This document shows, one piece after another, positions 1 to 12,741 of a stretch of 64,000 nt of DNA. Each line of letters starts with the position of its first letter. Within the stretch, counting starts at the first letter, position 1. This DNA comes from Trichosphaerium sp. ATCC 40318 (Eukaryota > Protista > Tubulinea). Below the pieces are notes generated by a model. The model was not told the DNA's origin. It worked only from the letters and a program-made list of their open reading frames with translations, and made no database searches. The DNA lies in assembly GCA_038496445.1 (NCBI GenBank), contig JALMLS010000179.1:186001-250000 (forward strand), given 5' to 3'. A program made the position numbers and the translations under genes.

Positions 1-2420
1 GAGTTTATCACGCCTATTGTTAAAGTATTCAGAGGAAGTAAAGCAGTCCAGCAGTTCTTTAGATTGGCTGAATACAATAAATGGAAATTAACACTTGATG
101 AAGGAAGTCTTTCAAAGTACCGTATTAAGTACTACAAAGGTTTAGGTACGTGTTTTTAATTTTCATCTGTCCGCGTGTAAATAGTCACATGGGTTTTCTA
201 AATGTTTTGGCAAATCACGTGATATTTTGGTTGCAAAGATACAAGAGTTTAATTTCTTTTTTTTTAGGTACAAATACTGCAGATGAAGCAAAGGCTTACT
301 TTAAAAACCTTAAAAAACATCGTATTGGAATAAAATGGGATGACCGTGGTAAAGAGTCTATTGAACTAGCGTTCCAAAAGGACTTGGCTGATGACCGTAA
401 GGTACTGTATTACAAAGAGATCTTCAAAACTAGGCTGTTTTTCTTATTTTTTTCTTAGACTTGGTTATCTTCTAAACCAATGGAAAAAGAAGACGAAATT
501 CGTGACGGCGGTGTTGTATCTGTATCGAATTTTATTGATTCTGATATTCGTGAATATTCTCATTCTAATAATATTCGGTCGATTCCAAGCGTTATTGACG
601 GACTCAAGCCCTCACAAAGAAAAGTTTTGTTTTCTTGTTTCAAGAGAAACTTGACGAAAGAGATAAAGGTACTTAATTTCTTTCGCTCTTTTTTCAATTG
701 TTGTTGCTTTGTTATTGTGTATTTATTCTATTAGGTCGCTCAACTTGCTGGATATGTTTCAGAGCATGCTGCATACCATCATGGGTACGTTAGAGCAAAA
801 ATTTTAAAAACATTTTGAAGTATTGAGTGATTTTTTATTTGTTTATTTTTTTGCTTTTAGTGAAATGTCATTGCAAGCAACAATTATTGGTATGGCGCAA
901 GATTATGTTGGTGCAAATAATATGCCGTTACTTTATCCTTCAGGTCAATTTGGTACACGTTCAATGGTACGTCTTCACTCTGAGTTAAAATGCAATTAAA
1001 CAACAATCCACTAAATTATACACTGAAACTAATGTACTGAAAAGGGCGGTAAAGATGCTGCATCAGCGCGTTACATATTCACCCGAATGGCCAAGTACAC
1101 AAGAGATCTTTTCCCAGACGCAGATGACAATATCTTGAATTATTTAGACGATGATGGTTTCTCAATTGGTACGCTTCAACAAAACCATCAGAAAGGGTTA
1201 TCGCAGCCTTACTTATTTTTAATATAGAACCGGAATATTATGTACCTATTATACCTACAGTACTTGTAAATGGTACAGCTGGTATTGGTACAGGATGGAG
1301 CACAACAGTTCCAATGTATAATCCAAAAGAAATTATAGATAATCTTCGTCTTAAGTTAGAGAACAAACCAATGAATGATATGTTACCTTGGTACAAGGGT
1401 TTCACAGGAACAATAGAAAGAGAACCAGAAGTACGTATAAAGAATCTCTAGAGAGTAGAAAAATCGCGCTAATCTCTTGACACTTAGAGCGAGCATAAAA
1501 TCATTACAACAGGTGTTGCAATGCCTGCAGGAGAAGATACTATGGAGATTTCTGAACTTCCTATTAATAAGTGGACAAGCGACTACAAGGCATTGCTTGT
1601 TAAACTGGCAAAACAGGAGACAAAGACGGACGATTATTACAAACCAGCTTTAGTTCAAGGATTCTCAGAGTTGCATACTAACAATAAAGTTTGCTTCAGA
1701 GTTGGTGTTACAGACATCAAAATGAACAGAATGGTGAAAGCTAAAGGTACGTCTTAAACACTCATTGGTATTTAGACTTAATGCAAGCACTCAAAAATAA
1801 CATCAAAGCAGTGCGCCAGCGGTGATGGCAAAAACCTGTTTTCCACTTTTTCTTATTTTTTTCTTAAGACGTATCTTGTTGTGTTTTGACTCTCTTTCTT
1901 AGGTGGCCTTGAGAAGCGTTTTAACTTGAAAACAAATCTATCTACAGCTAACATGCATCTATTCGATGCTAAAGGACAACTAAAACATTATCAGTCTCCT
2001 CTAGAGATAATCGAAGATTTCTACCCAACGAGATGGGAAATGTACACAAAGAGGAAAAATTTCTTACTCGCAAAAGCGAAGCATGAGTATGATAGACTTA
2101 ATAACAAACAGTTCTTTTGCAAGGCTGTACTTGAAGATAAGGTATCTATAATGAGAAGACCAAAGAAGGATATCGTAGCAGACTTGACAAAGATTGGTTT
2201 CAGCAAGATGTCAAAGTCAAAAGGAACAGAGAAAAACTATGATTATCTTTTAGATATGCCAATGTCTCAGTTGACAGATGAGAAGATTGAGCAGCTTACA
2301 AATGAATCAAAACAAGCTAAAGAGAGGTATACTATTGTAAAGGGTAAGGATGAGAAACAAATGTGGTTAGAGGACTTGAACAAACTTGAGGAGTCACTTG
2401 TGAAACCAAAGTACTTTTAG
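1..2420 (+). CDS. TOP2: DNA topoisomerase II, 3' part (multi-exon; begins upstream of window)
   Basis: Spliced translation gives [56 protein letters not shown], the catalytic-Tyr motif [27 protein letters not shown] and terminal MWLEDL. Confidence 0.97.
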
Positions 2421-2874
2421 AAAAAAATATCGAACAAAAAAAAATGAACATAAAAAAATAAAACGTGCTCTCAACATTTCTTTTGGTTCGCCATGTGGGT
2501 TCTAAAGAACAGCAGTAGTATATACCTACTACTGCTGTTCTTTCTGCCCTGTAATGCGTTGACGAGCAAATCAAGTCTTGATATATCATATTTACAGGCT
2601 TTGGTTTCACGAAATGAAGCAGTTTTTGTGCGTCATTCTAAAGGGAAGACCTTCACACCGTAGCTTGCTAATACTGTTGCTATATGACCAAATAAGGTAG
2701 CATATATTCAACGCCATCGTCAGAGCGAAGTGCATTACCACAAGATGGAATTCGATTGGGTGAAAGTAAATCCAGAATTGAATCGAAGTTGACCGTTCTT
2801 TTTGCTGTGCGTTTTTTTCTCGATGGTAATTGTCTTTTTGGAAACACATCACTTGTTCTTAAAATACGTAAAGA

Positions 2875-5800
2875 ATGCAACAAATGGAGAAGCTAAGTAA
2901 AGAAGGAGCTGCTATGATGCAAGAACTGAAGAATAAAGGCGGTACGTTACAGAAAATAACAATTCTGTGCTTATATTTATAGCAAACGTTCGTAACGCGC
3001 ATGCAAACATGTTAAAAGAAGCTAAAGCAGAAGCAGAGGTTGCCCGTTCTAAAACAAACAAAAAAGTAGCTTTAAAGAGGTCGGAGATCAATGAATACGC
3101 TAAAAAAATGAATGTACGGCGTTCTAAAGCTAAAAGACAATTATCTAACCGATTCTTCGTTTCCAGGCAGATAACATCGACTCTACCTTGCCTAATTACC
3201 TTAAATTCTATGATACTTTAAAAGAAATGATAACTACTGGTGCTGAAGTAATAGATAAACTCTCAGAGACACCTCCCGGAAAGCCTACTTTTGACAAGGT
3301 GCTTAACAGAATATTTATCGACTTAGGATTTTCTTCGACTTTTATAAGCTAACCTTAGTTCAGGCTGTTGAAGAGTTTAATGCGATACTCGAAAGATTTG
3401 AGGTTCAATGCGATAAAGAAGGTGTCAAGATACCTTGGCAATTGAAGCAGTGCGCCAGCATGGATCCAGTATGTGAAAACGTTTGCGGCTTTGAGCAGGA
3501 TGTTAAAGTTGTTTCTAGGATAATCCTGCTGGCGTTGTTGATCTTCAGGGTGGCAAGCTTACGGATGCTGACGGTCAGAATGTTTGGGGAGCTAATTGTT
3601 ACTTATGTGGATATGAAATACAAGACGGTGCTAAAGGTGCTGGGGATATACGTTATCATTCTGTCGATGCAGATGCAATAGATATTTGTAAAGCATGTTT
3701 CAACGTACACAACAGAATTGTTCAACTCGCACAAGCTTCTGAAGGTACTTTGTTCAAGTGAATGATCTATCAAACTAAAGTATGAACTTGTAGTGGCTAA
3801 TACCAAACTACACGAATTTGATGAGCATTGTGATGAGACATTTGTTGAAGGTACATTCGAATCTTTTTTTCTGAGAAAAACAGAGTTACAATTATGCTAG
3901 AAACCGAAATATCCGTTTTCCAGCGATTCCCTGTTATTGAATCTGAAAATATCGAACTGGCATTATTCCATGCATTGAAGGCGTATGAAACTAGACCCTG
4001 TTTTGGAGTTTGTAAAGGTATGATGTCAACAACTAGATTGAGGACTTAATCTAAATTTAGAAAGCAATTCCACTAACTGGTTAAGCTATGGAGACTGCTT
4101 GTCTCGTTCCTTGAAGATTGCGAGTAGCTTATCTTCACATGTTAAGGCTAACACATTCGCTGGTATGTTGTAGTTCTTGTAAACTAGATTATTGATCCCG
4201 TCTTAGGTATATGTGGTAAAAATGAGCCTAACTGGCTTTTCGCTGATTTTGTTTCAACTTTTTCATGCTTGAAGACTGTCGGACTTCATACTGTCTGGCC
4301 TGCAGAAGATATGGCTTATATAATCAACCATTCAGAGCTTCAGACTATTTTTTGTGACTGTGAGTTTCTTCAAACAATCGTAAAAGCATCAACACAGTGT
4401 CCTTCATTGAAAATAATAATTCTGATGGATGCCCAAGCTTCAGAATATAAGGTACATGGTACCTCTTTATTAGTGCTAATGTAACACTCGAAGGATATCC
4501 CTAAGCATCTAAAACTTCTTGATTTCGATGACCTTGAGGGAAGAGCTGTTGCACCATATAAAACGCTGTCCACCATATCTATTGAGACTCCGTCTGGTTA
4601 GTCTTTCTGTTTTGATTCTTTAACTAACATTTTTCGTAGAAACTAGAAATTTACCATTCAAAGAAGAAAAATCAGATATATTCTCATTGATGTACTCAAG
4701 TGGTACAACTGGTAAACCTAAGGGTATCATTGTTACCAAAGACAATTGGAAACTTGACAATATCAGAAACCCAATATTTTTCAGGTAAGTATTTCGTAAC
4801 CAAAAATTTTGTTTCTAACTTCTTTGTCAAGTCCAATGATAATTGTATCCTACTCTGCCCTGGCCCATGCAATGGATAGAATGCTTATATGGCAGATGGT
4901 ATCCAACGGTGGTCGAACTGTATTCTCACCTAACTACGACCGATTGTTTGAAACAACACAACTAGTCAGGTTCGTTTTTTTTAGAAATGAGTGTCTTTCA
5001 TTTAATGTATCTATTTTTAGACCTTCGTTATTTGTAGCAATGCCAAACACGTGGACCAAGTTATACACAAAGTATCAGCGATTAGCATCTGTGTTGGGGA
5101 AAGAGAAAGCAAAAGAAAAGATGAATAAAATATTAGGAGATAGATTGTTTCAAATCTCCACTGGCGGAGGTGCTATCAGTAAAGAAGTACTTTCTTGGAT
5201 GGGTGAGACATTTAGCTGTCCTGTAACGAATGTGTACGAGAATTATTTTATAATTGGAACCTCTAGTCTGATGTACGTTTAGATATGGAAGCACAGAAGT
5301 ATCTGGAATTTCAAGCAATGGCACAATACGAAGCGGAGCTAAAGTAAAACTTGTTGATGTTCCATCACTTGGCTACCTAAACTCCGATAAACCACGTCCA
5401 CGGTAGGCTATCGCTTAAGTTTCTTCAGTCTAACCGTTACCTTTAGAGGGGAGATTGTTGTTCAAACGACTACCATGTCGCCTGGATACTACAAGGAACC
5501 TGAAAAGACTAAAACAGTATTTGTTGATGGCTGGTATCATTCAGGCGATATAGGTGAATTCGATGAAGATGGGTACGTCAGTTTGTACGTGTGTACTCGT
5601 GAACTAACGTTCTTTTAACATAGGTTGTTACACATTATAGATAGGAAAAAGAACATTTTAGAGCTGTATATTGATGGCAGGAGTGTTTGGTTTGCGATTG
5701 CTCCACTTGAAGAGGTTATAATACAATCAACAAAAGTATCGTACGTGTTAAAAAAATACTTTTAAATCACGTGATATACTTATTATTTTCTCAAAAGAAA

Positions 5801-6170
5801 TGCTTTTATATACGGTGACAGAAATGAAGGTTATGTCATTGCTATAGTTGTAGCGGATGAGGAGTTCTTAAAGAAACGTAAAGACGAAAAAAAGATGACA
5901 GACGAACAAATAGAAAAGGAAGTTCTTGATGATTTGCAACAAAAAGTAAAGGCTGCTGACTTTCCGGACTATGCTATACCTAGAGGTACATATTTCTTGT
6001 AATAGATTAACCCTTGGATGTGTTACTTAAAGAGAAAATTAGGTGTTGTTATAGAGAGGACACCATGGACCGTAGGGAACGGTATGGTAACTGCAAATGG
6101 TAAATTAAAACGACATGCACTTCTGGAAAAATACAATCTAGCAATTCATGTAAAAATACAAACATTATAA
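2875..6170 (+). CDS. Long-chain acyl-CoA synthetase (AMP-binding) with N-terminal helical extension and a partial ZZ-type zinc finger
   Basis: MYSSGTTGKPKG (~4690), SYSALAH, YGSTEV, LGYLNSDKPRPRGEI, GWYHSGDIG, IIDRKKN and ANGKLKR. Upstream exon ~3519-3744 encodes CYLC...RYH...DICKACF. Start codon is inferred. Confidence 0.88.
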
Positions 6171-6752
6171 ACATGTGATAAATGTATATAAACCTAAGCG
6201 ACAAATAACTCTCAATGCAGTTTTTTAATATTCTATCCCTGCAAAGCGTAATAATTTAGCTAAGAACATTGGCTAGCACCTCTTGTGGATTTAAAACAAT
6301 CCCAAAATTAAGCCAAGTTTCCGCCGTTGCATTTTCGGTTATCAAGAAAAGGAGACAATACTCTCAAGCACATCAATACGTTGTTCGCTTTGGTATGGTT
6401 TCAATAAACGTAGTATCGCTGCCGAGAGTTCGGTACATGCACTAAGCATGCCTTTTTCGTTCGAATTGACTATCTTGCATAGTCCAGCCATACGGTTACA
6501 CTGCTCCACTTTATCCAGTATGTTATACAAGAAATAGTCCTTATTATGTCGCATATCAATCTGCGGCAGATTTATGCCGCGTGAAGTAGTGCACATTGCT
6601 GACACTGTCCGACACTTTCGGCCACATAAAACACAAGTTCTGAAGTAATAGCTTGCTTTCTGCTCGTTAAACCACGTGATTAGGTCGGCTTTTTTGGGTA
6701 CAAGAAAAGGCCGATAAAATAACCAAAAAGGGCTAAACGCTAGCACACACCA

Positions 6753-8761
6753 ATGCAGCTCCGCATTTTTTACCTATTTGTACTTTTTAGTACTGTCTAC
6801 TGTCAATCCTCGCCTAAACCAAACATTGTTGTTATTCTAGCTGATGTACGACTCTATTGTATACGAAATGCGTAATACTCTTTGCTAGGACCTCGGTTGG
6901 CATAACGTGGGATACCACAACGACGAAATTATATCACCAGCTTTAAATGAGTTGAAACAAGAAGGCGTTGAACTGTTACGACACTACACGTACAAGGCAC
7001 GTGTTTCAGCGGGTGGAAATGTTTATCCGTTTTCACTACTTATTGATAGCGTGCCAGGTTTGCTCTCCCACTCGCTCTGCTCTAATGTCCGGGCGTCTAC
7101 CTATACACGTAAATGAAAGGAATAGCGGCAACACTGTTCCAAACGGTGGCGTACCAAGAAAGATGACAACTATATCAAGGAAGCTTAAGGACGTTGGGTA
7201 TTCAACCCACTTTTACGGTAATGAACCGGATGCTATATCCTTCAACTAACGTTCCAAATAGGAAAATGGCACATTGGGATGGCACGTGACATTGCTTGCT
7301 TGAAGTCGAAAACAGCGTTTTTTTTTCTAATTAAGTAAGGCTTACCCTGATGTTACACCTACTGGAAGAGGGTTTGATACATCTATTGGATACTTCAGTG
7401 GTGCTGTTGACCACTACACTCAAAAAGCCAGCTCTAGGGAATGTGGTGAAACTTTCGTGGATTTCTGGAAGGTTGGTTCTTTTTTTGTTTCATGTCAGTA
7501 ATCTAATAAGTGTTTAGACCAACGAACCTGCTTATGGATTGAATGGAACATATAGCGAATACACATTTACAAACGCTGCTATAGATACAATAAATTCCCA
7601 TGATCCGAAGGCGCCCTTGTTTATGTACATTGCTTTCCAAAACCCACACTGTAAGTTGGTTTATTGGGTTTGTCCTCGTATTAAATTTTGTCCATAGCGC
7701 CTCTTCAAGTTCCACAAGAGTACATTGACAGATATCCAAACCCTCCTGTAAATGACAGACGAAAGTACTATCAAGCAATGACAACTTTCCTTGATGAAGC
7801 AGTTGGAAACATAACGGATACATTAAAAGAGAAAGGATTGTGGGAAAACACTCTATTAGTTTTTTCTGCTGATAACGGAGGGTAACAATCTTTTTATTTG
7901 CTGGAACGTACTAATACGTACCAATAGGCCAACAAATAAAGCTGAATGGGGTAGTCCCTTGGATGGAGGAGGTAACAATTACCCTCTCAAAGGTTCAAAA
8001 GGAAGTGACTGGGAAGGAGGTGTTAGAGCAACTGCTTTTGTTTCAGGTGGATTCTTGCCAGAAGCTGTCCAGGGAACAGAGCAACAAGGCTTGATCCATA
8101 TTTGCGATTGGTATGCCACGTTTTGTCACCTAAGTGGTGCTGATCCAATAGACCACGATGGTAACGAAGCTGGTCTCCCTCCAGTAGACAGTCTCAACAT
8201 GTGGCCGTACGTGTCTTAACAAGTACTCCAGCTATAAGAAACCGACTTAATTAAGCACATTGTAGCTTGATATCAGGACAAACAGATTTGTCTCCGCGAA
8301 AGGAGATACCTTTATCAAGCGTTGCTACACGGGGTGGAGGTGCTCCAACTCATGTTAACTTAATATCAGGAGACTATAAGATCCTTTTATCCAATATGGG
8401 TTATGCAGGTATGTGTCTCAACGAGGTCTTGAATGACATAACAACATAAATTAACTACTTGATAGGTTGGACAGGACCTACATATCCTAATTCTACTGAG
8501 ATTTACCTCGAAAGAACAGATTCTCAAGATTGTAGTAGTGGTTGTCTTTACAATATCTTCAAGGATCCAAATGAATACAACGACTTAGCAGAAACTTTGC
8601 CCAATGTTCATGCGGGCCTAATATCTCGTTCTCGAGAAATCGCACGTGATGTTTTTGTAGTGGAATATGAACCTGCTGATCCAAGGGCTTGTAATGCGGC
8701 TTTAGACTACGGAGGGTATTGGGGACCCTTCATAGATGTTGATGTTGTTTTGTCTGAATAA
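6753..8761 (+). CDS. Secreted/lysosomal arylsulfatase (ARSB/I/J-like)
   Basis: Signal peptide MQLRIFYLFVLFSTVYC; PNIVVILADDLGW; formylglycine motif CSPTR; GKWHIG; FSADNGG; NYPLKGSKGSDWEGGVR; C-terminal GYWGPF. Two introns are GC-AG. Confidence 0.95.
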
Positions 8762-9352
8762 ACATGCCGTTTATACACCCAATAAGACTCCCAACATCGT
8801 GAATGAACTGTCTTGTTACTTTATTTTCGGAATACGTTTCCACTAGACAGATCTCTAGTAGAACCTTCTAAAGCTACTAGTACAGCCCTTTATCTGAAAG
8901 GGATACCTTTCGGTCAACCTCATAAGAAGCTGCACTACGCGTTTAACAACTTTCTCACTCATCTCCTCGGCTCCACCCAGAAACCTATTCGTCGCTTTTG
9001 AATCAAACCACTAGTGTCTTTGCAGACTCCTGCTTGGCGGACAGTGGATTGGCATAGCGATCTAACTTGGAGCTGAACCTCTGCTTGCCTGCTTCAAAGG
9101 GGTTAGCGGAAGCGGCTGGAACTTCTTCGTTACCCGCCCGGCAACCGTTTATTGAACTGAGAAGCGGAACTTCCAATCAAAAAGCCTGCAAACGAGCCGA
9201 ACAAACAAAATCCGCCTTAATAAGGAGCAACTGACCCTGCGAACAAGCGAAAAGACACGTTAAAAGAATTTGAATGATTCACGAGAAATTACTGAATCGC
9301 GACTTTCGTTGAATTTTCGGTCAACGAGCCAAAAAATCAAAAATACCCAAAA

Positions 9353-10145
9353 ATGAGAACGTTGGCAACTCTTCTCTTGATTTCAATCGGGTATGTTCCG
9401 TCGACTGAATACTACTATTAAACTAATAACTCATACAGCTTTTGCGCTGCCGTGAAAACTGTAGCACTCGGATACAACTCAATTGATTTTCCTGCTACAC
9501 CAGAACTTGATGCATGGACGCGATACTGTCCAACAAGTGGCGCTATGACTGGCGCATCATCTGCTGCTCTTGTAGGACCTCGTAAATTCATTTGGCGTTG
9601 TGACGAAGGAACTGATGTTGGAAGCTTTGCTGGAAATAAAGTTGTACTACAAAAAACACATATTGATAACGGCGGTTACCGAGGGTGTCCAAACGGATAC
9701 GCAGTTACAAGTATGTAATTTAGATGGCTTACATCATGGGAATCACATTAATAATTGATTTAGATATTACGTCTGACCCTTGGAGTACTCTCTTGTATAA
9801 CAGGCGAGTCCAGTTCACGTGCAGGTAAGATTTAAGAAAAACTTCAAACTTCATCTCTAATATCTGGTTAGTACAAGAGGAAGTGCAGGTTCATGTATTA
9901 CCATCAACCATTCTGGAGGAATAAGTACGCTTTTTATATTGTATTGCATACGCTTACATTTATTTTTAGGAATGAATAACCTTGATACATCTTGGGAAGG
10001 CACTGGAAACGTTAACTGTCCAGCGGATGCACCACACATAATTGGTTTTCGATTGATTCGCGGATTTCAAGCTGGTTTTGGACCTTACCATGGTAATTTG
10101 TGGTACATGTTTTGTGGCAAAATTGCTTGTCGAAGCGGTGCATAA
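9353..10145 (+). CDS. Small secreted Cys-repeat protein, dermatopontin/agglutinin-like (5 exons)
   Basis: Signal peptide MRTLATLLLISIAFCAA, then three repeats: CPTSGAMTG..RKFIWRC, CPNGYAVTNI..RRVQFTC and CPADAPHIIGF..LWYMFC. Confidence 0.65.
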
Positions 10146-10244
10146 ACCTACTAAATAAAGTAAGATTGTTAAACGACGACTTAGCACTAAGGTAGAGTTT
10201 TCATGCGGCTTCAAGCCAAGTACTTTATTTCTTTCATACATTAT

Positions 10245-11300
10245 TTACACATCGTTAAATACATTTTGAGAGTTGAAGAAGAAAGCTTTTGCATTGGAAG
10301 TAGTTGTTCGTAATGTTTTATCAAGGCTCCATGATTTAGCAGCCATCACATAGTTAATTATATTCGTCATTCCTTCTTTACAAAATTGTGCATCATCCCA
10401 ATCTGATTCAAGAAGTATTCTGTCCTCTGGGCAATGTTGAACATTTGGAAGAAGTTTCTTTGATGTTTCACTGTAAAAAAAAATCACGTGAGCACAAAGA
10501 CATATGCAACAACGGCTTACTTAATGACAGTTGAGAATGAGAAATAAAATTTTGTTGATCCGATTTTCTTTATCTTTAAGTACGAATTCATCATATCCTT
10601 GGATCCACCTACATAAGATATAAACACCGCGTGTACAATTGCTTAATATTACATACCGTAAGAGTGAAAACATACAGGTGGAAAGTATGAATTGGGATTG
10701 TCTTTAAGCCATTTTATAAAAAAATCAAAAAGAAATCCATGACAACGAACAACGTGTAATGTGATTGGCCTTTGACAAGCACTGGCAACATTGAAACATG
10801 CAGTGAATACTTCTACTTGTTTATCCCAAGAAGGTTTATTCTTAGGAAGCTTGTCAAGCCCTATTTCGCCGACAATGGCGGTTGGATTTTCGTTCAAAAA
10901 CTAATCAAAGTGTCAGCTTTTTTTGCAGTTAAAACCTTGTGTACTACCTTCGTCAATGTCGGCACCCATTTTTCTGATGATTCTGCGTTCTTTGCTTCCC
11001 ATGGGTGTATGCCAAACGCTGGAATCATCCTAATATAGTGAATAGAGTGAAAACAACGCATGTTTAGACGTACTGAGGCATTTTCGCTGTAAGAGCTTCC
11101 ATTGAAGCCCATTGCTTCGCTTCTGAGCTACAACATACAAATTTAAATGGATGAGACGGCTTTTTTAACCAAACGTCATCGTCAATCTTCACAAACGTGT
11201 AAGGAACATAAATATCTGTTTATTCCTCTACCATATGATTATGAGCATCAACAACATATGTTTTATACTTTAAAACATCAGCATGCGATACTGTTGCCAT
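10245..11300 (-). CDS. tatD: TatD-family deoxyribonuclease
   Basis: VVDAHNH, PAFGIHPW, IVGEIGLDK, PITLHVVR, CFHSY, RILLESD and TTSNAKAFF across spliced exons. Confidence 0.93.
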
Positions 11301-11763
11301 GACTAAGCGATATTTTGATACTTTTGTTGTGAATATTAACAGAAAAGCCGTTTACTGAATCACTGAACTAGGCTATTCTCTTTTGATCGTTTTTTTGGAG
11401 GTCCTCTAATAATTTAGATCAATTAAAATGGTACTAAGTGTAATCTGAAGCAGTACTTGATAGATTGAATAATGTCAATATACGGCTAGTGCAAATTTTC
11501 TACGTTACCTAATCTCTATAGTGACGGATTACTTCGCATCTATTAGGAGGAATTGTACCTTGATTCAAACAGTTATTATCTTGTTTGTCATATTTTATTG
11601 CTTCTTAAGTTCATGTACTAGTTGTAAAGGTGTGGAACACAGTAAATAGTGCTGGGTGGTTTTTTTGGTAGCAAAGAGCAAATGAGATCTCAATTTGTTT
11701 TATCTCCCGTATAGAGATGTCTCATGGGCGCACTATGTGTATTTCTTACTACGTACATACAAA

Positions 11764-11835
11764 GAGCTTATGGTCTAATGGCATGACGACTGTATGGCAT
11801 ACAGTAGGGTGGGGGTTCGATTCCCTCTAGGCTCA
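11764..11835 (+). tRNA. tRNA with anticodon GGC (nominally Ala) and atypical identity elements
   Basis: Cloverleaf: acceptor GAGCTTA/TAGGCTC plus A73; D-arm GTCT-AATGGCA-TGAC; anticodon arm ACTGT-ATGGCAT-ACAGT; T-arm GGGGG-TTCGATT-CCCTC. A box TGGTCTAATGG, B box GGTTCGATTCC, T5 terminator at 11840-11844. Confidence 0.92.
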
Positions 11836-11986
11836 TACGTTTTTACACGGATGTGGCCGTAAGGAGCATATAGTGGCTATACCTAGGAAATCTTTTACGC
11901 ATTCCAGTTAAACATCGGCGTTCGATCATAAACAAAAATCAGAATTTTGTACGAATTGGAAGGTTTTAAGGAAGTATTTCACATCG

Positions 11987-12295
11987 TTGTACTTTTTGAC
12001 GACCTTGTTCTACTGTAAAGCCGCTACAAAACACTTAGGTTGTAATATAACAGATGAGGGCATTGCAGCATTGGCAGATGTACATTCCATCAATTTATCA
12101 TTAACTAAAGTAACTGATGAAGGCTTGAAGATGTTAACAGGTGTACACAACATCCATTTAAATTGGTGTACAACAATAACAGATGATCGTTTGAAATATT
12201 TAGCAAGTGTTCACACTATCTGGATTTTTGGTTGCACAACAATAACAAACGAGGGTATAAAGTAATTAAAAGGAGCGTACCACATACATAAGTAA
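11987..12295 (+). pseudogene. Orphan fragment of the 21/22-aa 'TDEGIKALxGVHTIxL' LRR family
   Basis: About 4 repeats with no ATG and no F-box. An in-frame TAA at 12263-12265 interrupts a repeat that continues afterwards (GIK*LKGAYHI). Confidence 0.8.
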
Positions 12296-12459
12296 AACGT
12301 GTGATTATGAATAAACATTCCCTCCTTACTTTTGAAACACTTTAAATGGAAACTCCTAATAAACAGTTTTAAGCAAGTCACAGTTAAGTCTTTAGATAAT
12401 GCGATTGCAATAGCAATTCATACTGACTGTGAATCAAACGTACAACACAGTGAACACTT

Positions 12460-12576
12460 GGGCAGCTTGCTTTTGAGACAGCATTGAAAAATGAGTTTAA
12501 GGGATTTTGAAAATCTGGTAAGTAACTCATTTTGAAACATTCGGAATTTCTGAACTGTCTCAAAGCGATGCTGCCC
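12460..12576. mobile_element. MITE-like hairpin with imperfect terminal inverted repeats
   Basis: GGGCAGCTTGCTTTTGAGACAG (12460) pairs with CTGTCTCAAAGCGATGCTGCCC (12555-12576). An inner AAAATGAGTT/AACTCATTTT inverted repeat is present. No clear target-site duplication. Confidence 0.45.
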
Positions 12577-12741
12577 CCCTTTGCTTTGTTAGCGTCTTTG
12601 GAACTTTAGCTGGCCGTTTTATAACGTCAGTTTTCCGGTTAGCCTTTTGTCAACAGTGGATGGTTTAGTTGCTGTTCACCGAATAACAGAAGGATAAGTG
12701 GCGCCCGTTAAGTACCACATACTCCTAGCGTCGTGCTAAAC

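Noticed and set aside
1807-3459. 15-bp match AAGCAGTGCGCCAGC between a Top2 intron and the next gene
   Set aside because: One 15-mer match is expected by chance in 64 kb and the similarity does not extend.
6342-6746. 134-aa minus-strand ORF with CVLC/C motifs
   Set aside because: It has a non-ATG start, no recognisable domain, and runs into the sulfatase promoter. It can be neither supported nor fully excluded.
11764-11835. Genome-wide reassignment of GCY codons implied by the odd tRNA
   Set aside because: GCT and GCC occur at conserved Ala positions in Top2, the acyl-CoA synthetase and the sulfatase.
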